Virus record (IMG/VR): IMGVR_UViG_3300044994_000386 | Span: 22,436 to 86,435 of that record | DNA length: 64,000 bases | Strand: one strand, 5' to 3' | Source of the DNA: a virus | In this document: positions 1 through 10,110 of the stretch, one piece after another | How the letters are laid out: each line of letters opens with the position of its first letter | Numbering within the stretch: the stretch's first letter is position 1 | Notes under the pieces: generated by a model | What the model saw: only the letters and a program-made list of their open reading frames with translations | Told to the model about the DNA's origin: nothing | Databases searched by the model: none | Translations under genes and position numbers: made by a program

Positions 1-2143
1 CAGTTTGATTCACTACTACTTCATCTTTAGGAACTTCTTTACCTTCCATTGTAGCCTGAGCTGGTTTTATGTTAGCTTTATCTTCAGCAATGTTAAAATA
101 TTTTGTTAATAATTTTCTTCTAGCGGCATCATAATCCTTCAAAGCGTCATCATCTAACATATCATTAATAAAATTAAATAGTACTTGACCTGCACCTGGA
201 TTACCATTTATAGATAAGTTAGGATTGGCGAATATTTTACGAAGAGAGGGATTTTGTAAAATTGTCATAACTCCCTTCTTCCATTTATCAAGAACAACCT
301 TTATTGCAAATGGGCCATTCGGGGCTCTATCTGGTTGCCAATCTCCGGTGCCTTTACCTAAGTATTTATATTCTCTCCAAGTTTTCTGTGAAACTCGACC
401 ATTTGGACGACCGGACGGTATTTGTGGTGTGACAAAAATATTATAAGCGTCTCCAAAAATATCGACTATCTTTATTATCGGATCTACATTTTGAGTAGTA
501 TCGATGTTTATCTTTATATTCTTGAATTTAGAATTCATGCTATATTTTTCTTCTTTTGAAGCAATCCAGATTGACTCATCTTCTTTGGAAAAATTTTTTC
601 TATATACTTCAAAAACAGGATTTTTATCTCCTTTTTTATCACTATCTGATTCATTTATTCTCATGAATTCTTTATATGATGATAAGAATTTTTCTTTCTT
701 TGGTTTTTCTTCAGAAATTCTTGGTAATGTTTCTTGCATTGAGTCGAAAGAATCTATGATAGATTGGATGTCTTCGCTTAGACCTTCCATCATTTTTATT
801 AATTCCGGTGAATTTTTGAAACCTAAAATGGGTTTACAAAACAAAGAAATGGATTTGGCCACATCACTAAATTTAACGGCTTCAACAACCAATTCACTTG
901 ATTCAAGTGGTTTACCATTAGTTTTAAGATTATTTATTAATTGTTTACCAATATAGATTATTTTTGAATTTACAGTACCTTCTGTTGGCCAAATTATGCC
1001 CGCCCATTCAATGCCGGTTTTTTGTTCTGTTTTTGAACCGTCAATCATATCTTGAATCATTTTTACATAATTAGAAATATTAGATGATTTATAATATTTT
1101 ACTAAATTATTATAAGCGATCTTCGCTTTTGTATCTTCAATTGACTCAAATATAAATTTTTCGTTTTTATTAAATATTTTTGTTTTTTTAACATCACCTG
1201 TACCGCTTGAAGAGCTATCAATTGAAAGATTTTTGATGTCAACTTCCATAGTCGGATTATTTGGCAACGATTTACCAGAATCGTCTAACAATTCCACAAA
1301 TACACTATTTGGATTACCAAGCTTTCCTTTCTTAACATCATCTTTTGTAATAAATTGTTTATCATTACCAATACCGACTTGATTGGTAAATGAAATTAAT
1401 TTTGCTTTTTTCTTTTCTCCATTTTTATTTGTGTATGTGTAAATACCACCAATCTTAAATTTATTCTTTTCTGGTGTGGTCTCTTTTTGTTCGGTTGGTT
1501 TATTAAGATTTTTGTTTAATAAATTATGTAATGAAATAACGGACTTAAAAATTTGAACCACTGAAGTCTTGAATTTTTCTTTTGGTTCATCAACTTCTAA
1601 GTCTTCATTTTCTATATCTTCATCATCATCTTCTCTTTCAATTTCAACATTTCCACTTTCTCTAAGTTCTTCTAAGTCTTTTCTAAATTGTTCAATTTGG
1701 TTTTTTAATGCTTCTTTTTCTGGGAACTCATTTATTTCATCTAATTCATTAACTAATTGATCAATTAAGCCACCATTTTTCAGAAACAAATCAAGTGGCT
1801 CAGGCTTCATAGCGGCCTTTTTAATATTCTCAAATAAAGCATAAATAATCGCTTTTCGAAATATTTCTTTTTCTTTATTTAAATAATCTACTTCTAAAGA
1901 CTCGAGTTGATATTTTAGCTTTTTTAATAATGGATTTATTCTAAGTATTTTAGTACCAATAATGACTTTGCGAATAGTTGAATTTATTAATCTACCTAAC
2001 AAAGAACCACCCCAAGTTATATCATTTTCTAAGACTTCTTTAACTAATGCGGAAGACTCTAAGTCTTGTGATTTATAGTTGTAGAATTCTTTGTATTTTA
2101 TAAAATCTGTTAAAAATTCTTTTCTATTTTTTAAATACTTCAT
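1..2143 (-). CDS. Large probable virion-associated protein; partial, runs off the window start and is missing from the ORF track
   Basis: ATG at 2143 reads MKYLKNRKEFLTDFIKYKEF...ENDITWGGSLLGRLINS. The + strand ORFs here look like antisense shadows. TAATATATA motif at 2167-2175 (-). Openness of the whole frame not checked codon by codon. Confidence 0.7.
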   Translation of the reverse strand, partial: MKYLKNRKEFLTDFIKYKEFYNYKSQDLESSALVKEVLENDITWGGSLLGRLINSTIRKVIIGTKILRINPLLKKLKYQLESLEVDYLNKEKEIFRKAIIYALFENIKKAAMKPEPLDLFLKNGGLIDQLVNELDEINEFPEKEALKNQIEQFRKDLEELRESGNVEIEREDDDEDIENEDLEVDEPKEKFKTSVVQIFKSVISLHNLLNKNLNKPTEQKETTPEKNKFKIGGIYTYTNKNGEKKKAKLISFTNQVGIGNDKQFITKDDVKKGKLGNPNSVFVELLDDSGKSLPNNPTMEVDIKNLSIDSSSSGTGDVKKTKIFNKNEKFIFESIEDTKAKIAYNNLVKYYKSSNISNYVKMIQDMIDGSKTEQKTGIEWAGIIWPTEGTVNSKIIYIGKQLINNLKTNGKPLESSELVVEAVKFSDVAKSISLFCKPILGFKNSPELIKMMEGLSEDIQSIIDSFDSMQETLPRISEEKPKKEKFLSSYKEFMRINESDSDKKGDKNPVFEVYRKNFSKEDESIWIASKEEKYSMNSKFKNIKINIDTTQNVDPIIKIVDIFGDAYNIFVTPQIPSGRPNGRVSQKTWREYKYLGKGTGDWQPDRAPNGPFAIKVVLDKWKKGVMTILQNPSLRKIFANPNLSINGNPGAGQVLFNFINDMLDDDALKDYDAARRKLLTKYFNIAEDKANIKPAQATMEGKEVPKDEVVVNQT

Positions 2144-2211
2144 ATATTCGCAATATTTATTTTAGTTATATATTAATTTTTATACTTCAAAAAAAAAATC
2201 ATTTAATTTAG

Positions 2212-2242
2212 TTTGGTAAATTCAAAAAACTCCTTATATTTG
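2212..2242 (+). promoter_or_regulatory. Bacteroidota-type primary sigma promoter (-33 TTTG, -7 TAnnTTTG)
   Basis: TTTG at 2212-2215, 19-nt spacer, TATATTTG at 2235-2242, just upstream of ATG 2247. Confidence 0.7.
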
Positions 2243-2246
2243 TTAT

Positions 2247-2651
2247 ATGATGTACGACATATTAAAGAATCTAATTTTAATCGATTTATCTAACATTAAA
2301 CCAGAGAATATCGAAAAACTTTTGATTGATAACGGTCTTAATGATGAGTTGTGTCATGAGAAATTAGCTAAAATGAAAGATAAAGGTGTCGATAAGTTGT
2401 ACTTAGACTCAAAAACTTTTGAAACTGTAGCTGCTGTATATAGTGATAATCCTCTTAGAGTCATGTGGGAAATAACTTTTTTGGTTGAAGTTCTCGATAT
2501 GAAGCCCATCAAATTTAAAAGTCAAAAATTAAAGCCTAATAATGCCGGCTTTAATAAACTTGATATTGATGCTATCTTAGATAAGATTAATGAAAATGGC
2601 ATCGATTCTTTAACTGAAGAAGAAAAAAGATATTTGAAAAATAATAACTAA
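2247..2651 (+). CDS. Hypothetical protein with DUF6576-like C-terminal motif
   Basis: C-terminus IDAILDKINENGIDSLTEEEKRYL resembles the tail of Bacteroidota rhomboid proteases. Confidence 0.6.
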   Translation: MMYDILKNLILIDLSNIKPENIEKLLIDNGLNDELCHEKLAKMKDKGVDKLYLDSKTFETVAAVYSDNPLRVMWEITFLVEVLDMKPIKFKSQKLKPNNAGFNKLDIDAILDKINENGIDSLTEEEKRYLKNNN

Positions 2652-2707
2652 ATTGGCTGACTTTGTGTTACTAAATTAAAGAAATCGGCTCCGTATAAAC
2701 TTAACTT

Positions 2708-2742
2708 AAACACCAGATCATTTTAGATTCGGTGTTTTTTTT
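2708..2742 (+). terminator. Intrinsic terminator
   Basis: AAACACC...GGTGTTT stem followed by a T run. Confidence 0.6.
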
Positions 2743-2824
2743 ATTTCTGATCCGTAAAAAATCTTAAAATTTTTAAAATCAAGTTATTTTTTAGCCAGAA
2801 TAGCGAATATATAAATCATGAATT

Positions 2825-3112
2825 ATGAGATATAGATGTCTTGAATATTCGGGTAAAAGGATTTATAACCAAAATAAAATTGAGCAAATCTTAGAGGAGA
2901 ATAACCTCAGTTGGCTTATCGATTCAGAGTTTGAAGATGCTGATATTGAAATCAAGAATCGGACACTAATTTGGAACTCAGGTAATTATTACTCTGGAAT
3001 CTGGTATTATGGAATTTGGAAATCAGGAACTTTTTATGGCACATGGATGAATGGAATTTTTGAAGGAGGTATTTTCAAAGGCAAATTCATTAGTGGAATT
3101 AAATCTGTTTAA
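2825..3112 (+). CDS. Hypothetical protein with G-x-W/F pentapeptide-like repeats
   Basis: WNSGNYYSGIWYYGIWKSGTFYGTWMNGIFEGGIFKG. Confidence 0.65.
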   Translation: MRYRCLEYSGKRIYNQNKIEQILEENNLSWLIDSEFEDADIEIKNRTLIWNSGNYYSGIWYYGIWKSGTFYGTWMNGIFEGGIFKGKFISGIKSV

Positions 3113-3138
3113 GATATAAAAAAATCAAATTTTTCTCT

Positions 3139-3594
3139 ATGAAAAGAAAAAAATTAAATACCGATTACAATGAAAATTACAAAAATCATCAAAATCAAGT
3201 TGTTATTACTACTGAAGTGACCGGTGAAACATTTTTTGAAATTGGTGATCAAGTAACAACAGACATAGCTGAAGCAATAGCAATTCTAATGAGATCAAAC
3301 ATTTATGACGAAAAATTATGGAATCAAGAATTCAGTTTTGAATTAATTGAAAATGTTTGTCCTGCTAAATGTTTATATTGGTTAACCGGTGGTCCAAAAG
3401 AATGGAACGTATTAGATAATTATAAAAAACCTTGGTCAGAGTGTAATTTAATTTTTCAAGAAGAGTTTGGTTTTATGGTTATGAGAGTTCTCAAGAAATC
3501 TAAGAGATTAAAAGATATTAGAGATGGATTTAGAAAATATTTAAATTTACCTATTTTATATGATTTTGCGATAAGTCAAGATTTAATAAAGTGA
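3139..3594 (+). CDS. Hypothetical protein
   Basis: 151 aa ORF in operon context, followed by a terminator. Confidence 0.65.
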   Translation: MKRKKLNTDYNENYKNHQNQVVITTEVTGETFFEIGDQVTTDIAEAIAILMRSNIYDEKLWNQEFSFELIENVCPAKCLYWLTGGPKEWNVLDNYKKPWSECNLIFQEEFGFMVMRVLKKSKRLKDIRDGFRKYLNLPILYDFAISQDLIK

Positions 3595-3607
3595 ATATAT
3601 TTATTTG

Positions 3608-3633
3608 AAACCCACCAATTTGGTGGGTTTTTT
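3608..3633 (+). terminator. Intrinsic terminator
   Basis: AAACCCACCA-att-TGGTGGGTTT followed by TTT. Confidence 0.75.
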
Positions 3634-3650
3634 ATTTTAATATATAATTT

Positions 3651-3935
3651 ATGGAACAAATGAAATCAATTTGTAGAAATCCTTGGTGTAAGTCACATTT
3701 TTACTATACTGAGAATGATATGATTATAGTAGGTACAGATAAACTAAATGGTAAAATCGATGATCAAATTGAAAAAGTACCACCAACTGAATGTCCTAAA
3801 TGTCGAAGCTTTAATCAAGAGTTGTCCGGAGGTGTTTCTTGGATTGAAAAGAAATATGAAGGCTCTCGCGATGATGGTTTACCACATACTATTTCAATCA
3901 ACATTTCAAAATATATATATGGGAGAAAATGGTAA
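3651..3935 (+). CDS. Small zinc-binding protein
   Basis: CRNPWC ... CPKC; TAATATATA at 3638-3646. Confidence 0.6.
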   Translation: MEQMKSICRNPWCKSHFYYTENDMIIVGTDKLNGKIDDQIEKVPPTECPKCRSFNQELSGGVSWIEKKYEGSRDDGLPHTISINISKYIYGRKW

Positions 3936-4792
3936 AAGCAAATTTTTTTGATTTAGACGTAATTGTTAGTACAGATGCTAAGGCTTGGATTGTTGATAAA
4001 AATAATCCTTCGATTCCTATTATGAAAATTTCTAAGTCTGATTTTAATTTATATCAAAACGGCATCTTCAGAAAGCAAGGTAACAAAATTGAATTCAATG
4101 GTAAAACGTTCTGGTTACCAACAGACATAGTCAATAAATTAAAAATTAAAGTAAAAAACCATAATTCTAAATTTACAGATTTGGCCATTTCATTACAAGA
4201 ATTTTTAAACAAAGATATTATTGATAATTTAAAATTTGAATTGAATATTCAATTATTATCTAAATTAAAAAATACCACAGATGATATTTATATTATCTGT
4301 TCAAAACAAACTAAGCTTTCACATCAGTCTATTATTGATAAGTTTAAAGAGAAATTAAAAGAACAAGGATTACAAATTAAAAACTTCTATTTTATATCCG
4401 AAACATTCTACAATCAAAATAAAGATGATGTTGAATTTAAAAAAATAAGATTGTTAATTCAACATTTGATTGGTTATAAAACTTCCGGAAATAAATTTAT
4501 TGACGAAGAAATAACTAGATATGACCAAATCGAATACTATGATAATAATTTAGACACTATAGAAGTTACTAAACAAATTAACGATATTTTGAAAGTTATT
4601 TGGCAAAATTCTGATGATGGTTTAAAATCTGTAATCAAAGAAGATATTATTCAATATAAACCTCAGTTAATTGTTAATCAAGTCAATGATAATAAATTAA
4701 ATCAGATTTCATCTGAGAAGATACTTCTATCACTTTCAAATTTAATAAAGACATTTGAGAGTTTTAATTTAGTAAATTACCGTTTTAGGTGA
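3929..4792 (+). CDS. HAD-superfamily-like protein
   Basis: N-terminal FFDLD motif I and later YYDNN motif IV-like segment. Confidence 0.5.
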   Translation: MVKANFFDLDVIVSTDAKAWIVDKNNPSIPIMKISKSDFNLYQNGIFRKQGNKIEFNGKTFWLPTDIVNKLKIKVKNHNSKFTDLAISLQEFLNKDIIDNLKFELNIQLLSKLKNTTDDIYIICSKQTKLSHQSIIDKFKEKLKEQGLQIKNFYFISETFYNQNKDDVEFKKIRLLIQHLIGYKTSGNKFIDEEITRYDQIEYYDNNLDTIEVTKQINDILKVIWQNSDDGLKSVIKEDIIQYKPQLIVNQVNDNKLNQISSEKILLSLSNLIKTFESFNLVNYRFR

Positions 4793-4940
4793 ACTAGGAT
4801 CGACTCTAAATACTTATAGAAAAATCAATCAATTCAATATAATATTACAATTAACTCAAATGTAGTAGGGTGTTATAGATATAATTAACTGGAAGAGTAT
4901 TGATTCTAAATTTAAATTAGTTAATTTTCAATGAATCTGA

Positions 4941-5546
4941 TTATTCTTTATTCTTCAAGTACTTATCAATCATTTCATTCAAACTACGAGAGTCAGTAAT
5001 TTGACCAGTTTCAATTTTATTTTCTTCTTCTTCAATTGTTTCAGTTCTTTTTGGCATCTCATTTAGACCTAAATCTTTACGTATTTCTTTATAAAACTTT
5101 TCCAATTCGGTTCTTTGTGTTGTAGCAAACTTTGTGTTTTCGCGTATTTGAGAAATCGTTTGATTCACAACTTCATGCATACGAGCTGAATTATCACCAT
5201 TATCTACTTGCCTTAATTGAGTTAAAAAATTTTTACGTGTCATTTTCTGTAAAAAAATAGTTTCAGCATAAACCATTGCATCTTCTTTCATCTTATTTCT
5301 AATATATTGATGTTGTGATACTGGAGAATCACCAAGATATAAATCAACTAAAGACTCGAGAATTTCATTGGCTTGTGACTTAGCATCTTGAATATCGTTA
5401 TCATAGTCATAGATTTGAATCTCACCTAAATCTGGTAAATCATCTTTGGTTGCTAAGTATTTAGAAACGTCTAAATCTTTGTTTTGGTTTTGAATTCTAT
5501 CAAATTCATCTTGTAGTTCGTTAATCTTTTGTTCTTTCTTGTTCAT
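4941..5546 (-). CDS. Probable terminase small subunit (gp16-like); start re-assigned to 5546
   Basis: Helical protein divergent from terL. SARMHEVVNQTI resembles the gp16-family PRxYEV motif. The longer ORF start overlaps terL. Confidence 0.5.
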   Translation of the reverse strand: MNKKEQKINELQDEFDRIQNQNKDLDVSKYLATKDDLPDLGEIQIYDYDNDIQDAKSQANEILESLVDLYLGDSPVSQHQYIRNKMKEDAMVYAETIFLQKMTRKNFLTQLRQVDNGDNSARMHEVVNQTISQIRENTKFATTQRTELEKFYKEIRKDLGLNEMPKRTETIEEEENKIETGQITDSRSLNEMIDKYLKNKE

Positions 5547-5595
5547 GATTATAAACGAGAATTTTAGATATATATTGAAAAATAATAATTCCTTT

Positions 5596-7740
5596 ATGAT
5601 AAATAAAAAACCACCTGTAATTAAAAAAATTGTTTTTACCACAGATTTAGTTGAAAAAACAACCAAAAGAATTCATGATGGTGAAAAAGTGCAAAAATTT
5701 GAAAATCCGTGGTTTGTAGGTGAAATTGGTGTAAGGAGAGCCGGTATCGCATTTAAGCTAAGTGAAAATGAGATTCAAGAGTATATTCGTTGTAAATTAG
5801 ATATTCATTACTTTGCTGAAAAATATTGTAAAGTAAAAACAGAAGATGGATCAATTCAAAATATTAAGTTAAGAGATTATCAAAAAGATATTTTAGATCT
5901 TTATACTAAGAACAGATTTTCAATTTTAATGGGTTCGCGACAGATTGGTAAAACAATTAATGCGGCAATTACAATGTTACACTTTATTACTTTTAATAAT
6001 GATAAAAACATTATGATTGTAGCAAATATCCGAGGGACTACAATTGAAATTGTGGATAAAATAAAATCGATTTATGTTAATTTACCATTTTTTTTGAAAG
6101 TAGGTATTAAAAATTGGAACCAACAATCCATTATCTGCGAAAATGGTTGTCGTATTAAGACTGCTGCTCGAAGTAAATCACCTGCGATTGGTTTTACAAT
6201 TGATTTTCTTTACCTAGATGAGTTTGCACATATTCCATCAAATATTATCGAACCTTATTACACTGCGGCTTTCCCAGTAGTTTCGGCGATTGAAAACTCT
6301 AAAATTATTATTACTTCAACCCCAAAAGGTATGAATCTTTTCTATCGATTACTTATGGATGCTGAAAGACCAGAAGGTGATCCCCAAAAGAATAACTATC
6401 GAGCAATGAGAGTTTACTGGTATCAAGTGCCGGGTCGATTTGTAACTTATTATAGATTAAATAATCATCGAATGTATGAACATGGGGTTACAAAAGAACA
6501 AATATTTGAACAAGTTAAAGAGCACTTTAGTGATTTTACAAAGGTAGAAATGAAATTCAACTCAGAACTTGTTAAATATGTAATTTATGTTTATAATAAT
6601 GATACCTGTTCGGAAGAAATGGCTAAGAAATTTGAATTTATAAATTCAAAAGGCGAATCATTGCCGATACAAAATATCGCAGAAGTAACAACTTGGAAAC
6701 AAGAAGCGATTAAAGATATCGGTGGTGAAGAAGCATTTAACCAAGAATATGGTCTTAGATTTATAAATACCACTCGTTCATTATTGAATGAAAGTATTAT
6801 TGAGTCATTAATTGAGAATAAAAAACATTATGAATATGAAAAGATTTATGAATTCGATAAAAAATTAAAATTTAGTTATTCTGACTTGAAATGGATAAAA
6901 GATGATGAAGTATTCACACCAGTGATGAGAAATTCGATCAGGGGAGTGATGTCAGTAGATATTTCTGAAGGTTTAGGTCAGGACTATTCGGTAATTAATA
7001 TATTCAAAATTGCACCAAAACCAAAAGAAGTAATCGATGTTTTTAAACATACATATACTTCACTTTCAGATTTCTTTTGTCTGCAACAGATTGGTATGTA
7101 CCGATCTAATTTTGTTTCAGTAAAACAATTGGCAGAAATTTTTTACCTACTAGTGTTTGAATATTTTAATTATGAAAATTGGAAAGTAGTACTTGAGGTT
7201 AATAACTATGGTAATGAGTTTTTAGCACATTTGCCACACGTTTTTGATGGCAATAATAATTATGGTTCTTCAATATTTTTTAGGTATAAGCATAGATTAG
7301 ATGCGGTTGAAGAAAAAATAGGACTCAAAGTCGGTGATAATAAAAATATGTTAGTAAAAGAATACCAAGAAGCTATGGAGAAGCGTAATTTTATAATTAC
7401 ACAAGAAGATAACATTCGAGAAATAACTACATTCGTAAAACACATAACTCCGTCTGGAAATGTGAGATATGCCGCAGATATTGGGAATGATGATACGGTA
7501 ATGACTTTGGTAAACTTATCATCAGTATTCAGCAAACACGCATTCAAAGAAATGGTAGAAGATTATGCTCCACAGATTGTAGATGCCACAACTTTAAATG
7601 AATGGAATCAATTCTTGAAAAATATTGAATATATAGAAGGTACTGATTATTCTTCGCTTATAAATGTAAATCGCAAACGTAAATTAATAAATCAATATAG
7701 GAAAAATTTCAGACCAGGAAATAATTGGTTAGGAATTTAA
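5596..7740 (+). CDS. terL: Terminase large subunit (T4 gp17-like); likely start 5596
   Basis: LRDYQ, SRQIGKT Walker A, LYLDEFAH Walker B, ITSTPKG, FNQEY, SVDISEGLGQDYS and DDTVM nuclease motifs. Confidence 0.95.
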   Translation: MINKKPPVIKKIVFTTDLVEKTTKRIHDGEKVQKFENPWFVGEIGVRRAGIAFKLSENEIQEYIRCKLDIHYFAEKYCKVKTEDGSIQNIKLRDYQKDILDLYTKNRFSILMGSRQIGKTINAAITMLHFITFNNDKNIMIVANIRGTTIEIVDKIKSIYVNLPFFLKVGIKNWNQQSIICENGCRIKTAARSKSPAIGFTIDFLYLDEFAHIPSNIIEPYYTAAFPVVSAIENSKIIITSTPKGMNLFYRLLMDAERPEGDPQKNNYRAMRVYWYQVPGRFVTYYRLNNHRMYEHGVTKEQIFEQVKEHFSDFTKVEMKFNSELVKYVIYVYNNDTCSEEMAKKFEFINSKGESLPIQNIAEVTTWKQEAIKDIGGEEAFNQEYGLRFINTTRSLLNESIIESLIENKKHYEYEKIYEFDKKLKFSYSDLKWIKDDEVFTPVMRNSIRGVMSVDISEGLGQDYSVINIFKIAPKPKEVIDVFKHTYTSLSDFFCLQQIGMYRSNFVSVKQLAEIFYLLVFEYFNYENWKVVLEVNNYGNEFLAHLPHVFDGNNNYGSSIFFRYKHRLDAVEEKIGLKVGDNKNMLVKEYQEAMEKRNFIITQEDNIREITTFVKHITPSGNVRYAADIGNDDTVMTLVNLSSVFSKHAFKEMVEDYAPQIVDATTLNEWNQFLKNIEYIEGTDYSSLINVNRKRKLINQYRKNFRPGNNWLGI

Positions 7741-7752
7741 ATATATATATTT

Positions 7753-8166
7753 ATGAAACATCTAAAAGATTTTGAAAAATTCAAAGAAAGACTTTTTGAT
7801 ATATTCTCAAGTAGTGAAAAAAATAGAGAAGAAATGAATGTATCAAAAAGACTTAAAGAAAATGATATTGTTCAGATATTTGAAACAGATCCTGAAACTA
7901 AAAAACAAAATGACACTACTTGTTTTTTAATTTGGAAAGGTGAAGATGGTAAACAAAATAATAAGGTTGCTAAGATATCACTTGATAAAATGAATGAATA
8001 TGGTAAACCTATTTTTAAATTAACAATATTCGAAGGTGATAAAGTCAAATCAACTAAATTTTTTCTAAGTCAAGAGTTAGCAACACATCAGTTCTTAAAC
8101 TATTGGGAGTCTCAAACTGATGAGGGTAGAAAGAAAAATAAAAGCTACAAGATTAAGAAATTTTAA
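7753..8166 (+). CDS. Hypothetical protein with MKHLKxFE-type N-terminus
   Basis: Starts MKHLKDFEKF; ATATATA motif immediately upstream. Confidence 0.65.
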   Translation: MKHLKDFEKFKERLFDIFSSSEKNREEMNVSKRLKENDIVQIFETDPETKKQNDTTCFLIWKGEDGKQNNKVAKISLDKMNEYGKPIFKLTIFEGDKVKSTKFFLSQELATHQFLNYWESQTDEGRKKNKSYKIKKF

Positions 8167-8444
8167 GCAACTTCCATTGTTGCTGATAAGCCTGCTGCTT
8201 TCAATTTCTCACACATCTTATTCAATGTTTCTTTATCACCGCGCTTTACTTCACATTTACCCCTGAAATGAACTATGTGTGCACATTGGCTAGCCTGTTC
8301 AAATTCATGTTTGCAAATCTTCATAAGACATTCTATAACCCAATCAAAGGTATTATAGTCGTCATTATGTAGAATCAGTACATAAGGCTGACTTAGTATT
8401 TCATCTAGTTCGGTTTCTAATTTTTCTTTATAAATAGTTGCCAT
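8163..8444 (-). CDS. clpS: Clp protease adaptor ClpS
   Basis: LILHNDDYNTFDWVIECL, QCAHIVHFRGKC. Confidence 0.9.
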   Translation of the reverse strand: MATIYKEKLETELDEILSQPYVLILHNDDYNTFDWVIECLMKICKHEFEQASQCAHIVHFRGKCEVKRGDKETLNKMCEKLKAAGLSATMEVA

Positions 8445-8447
8445 TTT

Positions 8448-9002
8448 TTATATAATATTATTTAAGTTTTTATTTGTTTTAAATTCTTTCTTATTAATTA
8501 CATCAATAATCCTTACAGTTATTGATTGGTCATTTGCCCAATCTTCAAACATAATTAAATGTTCGTATCTATCATCGAAAATAATAAACTCTTCAGCCAT
8601 TGGAAACTGTTTAATTTTTTGTTCAAAAAGGCGAGTTTTGAATTTGTAAGTTTCACCACCGGTATTGCAATAAACACCCTTTGAATTATCTTCACTTGGT
8701 GTGAAAGTGATACTATGTAAATTCAATACATCTAGAACTTGCTTTTCAAGTTTATGTAGGCGACCAGTTGCTAAGAAGCAATATGTTTCTAAATCGTTGA
8801 TGTATTTTTCGTAGAATTTATAAACCCAGCTATTTATTGTTAGATTAAAAACTTTAGTATTAAGCGATTCAGCATTTCCCCACCATCCTTTACCAGACCA
8901 TTGCATACCAGTGGTTTTTTCCCACTCGCTTTTACCTAATTCAGGTGTGGGTGTATTAATTAATGTTTTATCGAAATCAAAGCAAACAATTTTTTTAATC
9001 AT
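8448..9002 (-). CDS. HAD phosphatase resembling the Swiss-Army-Knife RNA-repair HAD type
   Basis: FDFDKTLINTP, WW, LATGR, FK, IFDDRYEH. Confidence 0.75.
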   Translation of the reverse strand: MIKKIVCFDFDKTLINTPTPELGKSEWEKTTGMQWSGKGWWGNAESLNTKVFNLTINSWVYKFYEKYINDLETYCFLATGRLHKLEKQVLDVLNLHSITFTPSEDNSKGVYCNTGGETYKFKTRLFEQKIKQFPMAEEFIIFDDRYEHLIMFEDWANDQSITVRIIDVINKKEFKTNKNLNNII

Positions 9003-9138
9003 TTTTATTATTTTTATTATTTTTATTTATATATATAGCAAATATAGTTAAAAATGTATAAAATAGAAAATCTTTCAAATGAAAATATATTCTAATATAA
9101 TTAATAAATTTTAATTATAAAAATAAATATATATATTT

Positions 9139-9549
9139 ATGAAACTAAATCTAAAAACATTAATAATAATAGCATTTTTTATATCTTTTGTAATATTTTT
9201 TACTAAATGTTACATAGAAGGAGACAATAATCGTAAAGAAAATAAAAAGCTTAAAGAAGAAATAGAACAAATAAAACATATCAGAGATTCGCTCAGTTCA
9301 GAAAGAAGAAAAATAGATCTTAAAGTTGATAGTCTAAATAGAGAATTGTTTGAAACTAAAAAAAGAATTGATAAATTGGATAATCAACTATTAACCAATA
9401 AAATTGAATTACAAATTGCTAAGGATAAGCTCAGTTCTCTACAACATCGCCTGAATGTTACTAAAAATAAAATTCAAGAATTGAAGGCAAATCCAATAAA
9501 AAGAAAAGGTGATGATTTGTTAAATTCTATAAAAGAAAAAACTAAATAA
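9139..9549 (+). CDS. Membrane-anchored coiled-coil protein, spanin-like candidate
   Basis: N-terminal hydrophobic helix followed by a long coiled coil. Confidence 0.5.
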   Translation: MKLNLKTLIIIAFFISFVIFFTKCYIEGDNNRKENKKLKEEIEQIKHIRDSLSSERRKIDLKVDSLNRELFETKKRIDKLDNQLLTNKIELQIAKDKLSSLQHRLNVTKNKIQELKANPIKRKGDDLLNSIKEKTK

Positions 9550-9554
9550 TTTTT

Positions 9555-10049
9555 ATGAAAATTATAATAACAATCATTTTAAGTTGTTTATTAACTATTT
9601 CCGTTTTTGGTCAATCAAATGATTCAACATCCTATCCAAAGTATTATGTATTAAACAGTGATACACTTGGTGTAATTTTAACTGTAGATCAATTGCAAAA
9701 AATAGATAATGATTTAGAGATTAAAAATCTATTAGAAAGTTCTTTAATAGATTGTGATTTATTATCTTCACAATATATTATTGTTGTATCAAAACTTGAA
9801 AATAGAGTATCAATCTTAGAGTTAAAAAATTCAGAATTATTAAAGGTGACTGATCAACAAGATCAAATTATTAATCAATTAAATTTAAAATTGGTCAACT
9901 ATGAAAAAGATTTGAATCTGTGTGATGATCAAAATAAAAAAAAGGACTCTATTATATCTAATCAACAAATGACAATTAATAGGCTTTTAATAGGTAATGT
10001 TGTCTTGAATTTAGGTCTATTCGCTATAATTGTTGCAATTATTTTATAA
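9555..10049 (+). CDS. Exported coiled-coil protein with C-terminal TM helix, spanin-like partner candidate
   Basis: Signal peptide ending SVFG/Q, coiled coil, hydrophobic C-terminus. Confidence 0.5.
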   Translation: MKIIITIILSCLLTISVFGQSNDSTSYPKYYVLNSDTLGVILTVDQLQKIDNDLEIKNLLESSLIDCDLLSSQYIIVVSKLENRVSILELKNSELLKVTDQQDQIINQLNLKLVNYEKDLNLCDDQNKKKDSIISNQQMTINRLLIGNVVLNLGLFAIIVAIIL

Positions 10050-10110
10050 AGTGAAAAAAATGAGTTTTAATATATAATATATATTATACAAAAAATTATT
10101 AAATTTTAAG

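Noticed and set aside
225-1760. + strand ORFs 225-446, 504-956 and 1569-1760
   Set aside because: S/F/L-rich antisense shadows of the long - strand gene starting at 2143
6439-6693. Intein in terminase (also considered for the NrdA inserts)
   Set aside because: No C/S start, HN-C/S/T end or homing endonuclease motifs
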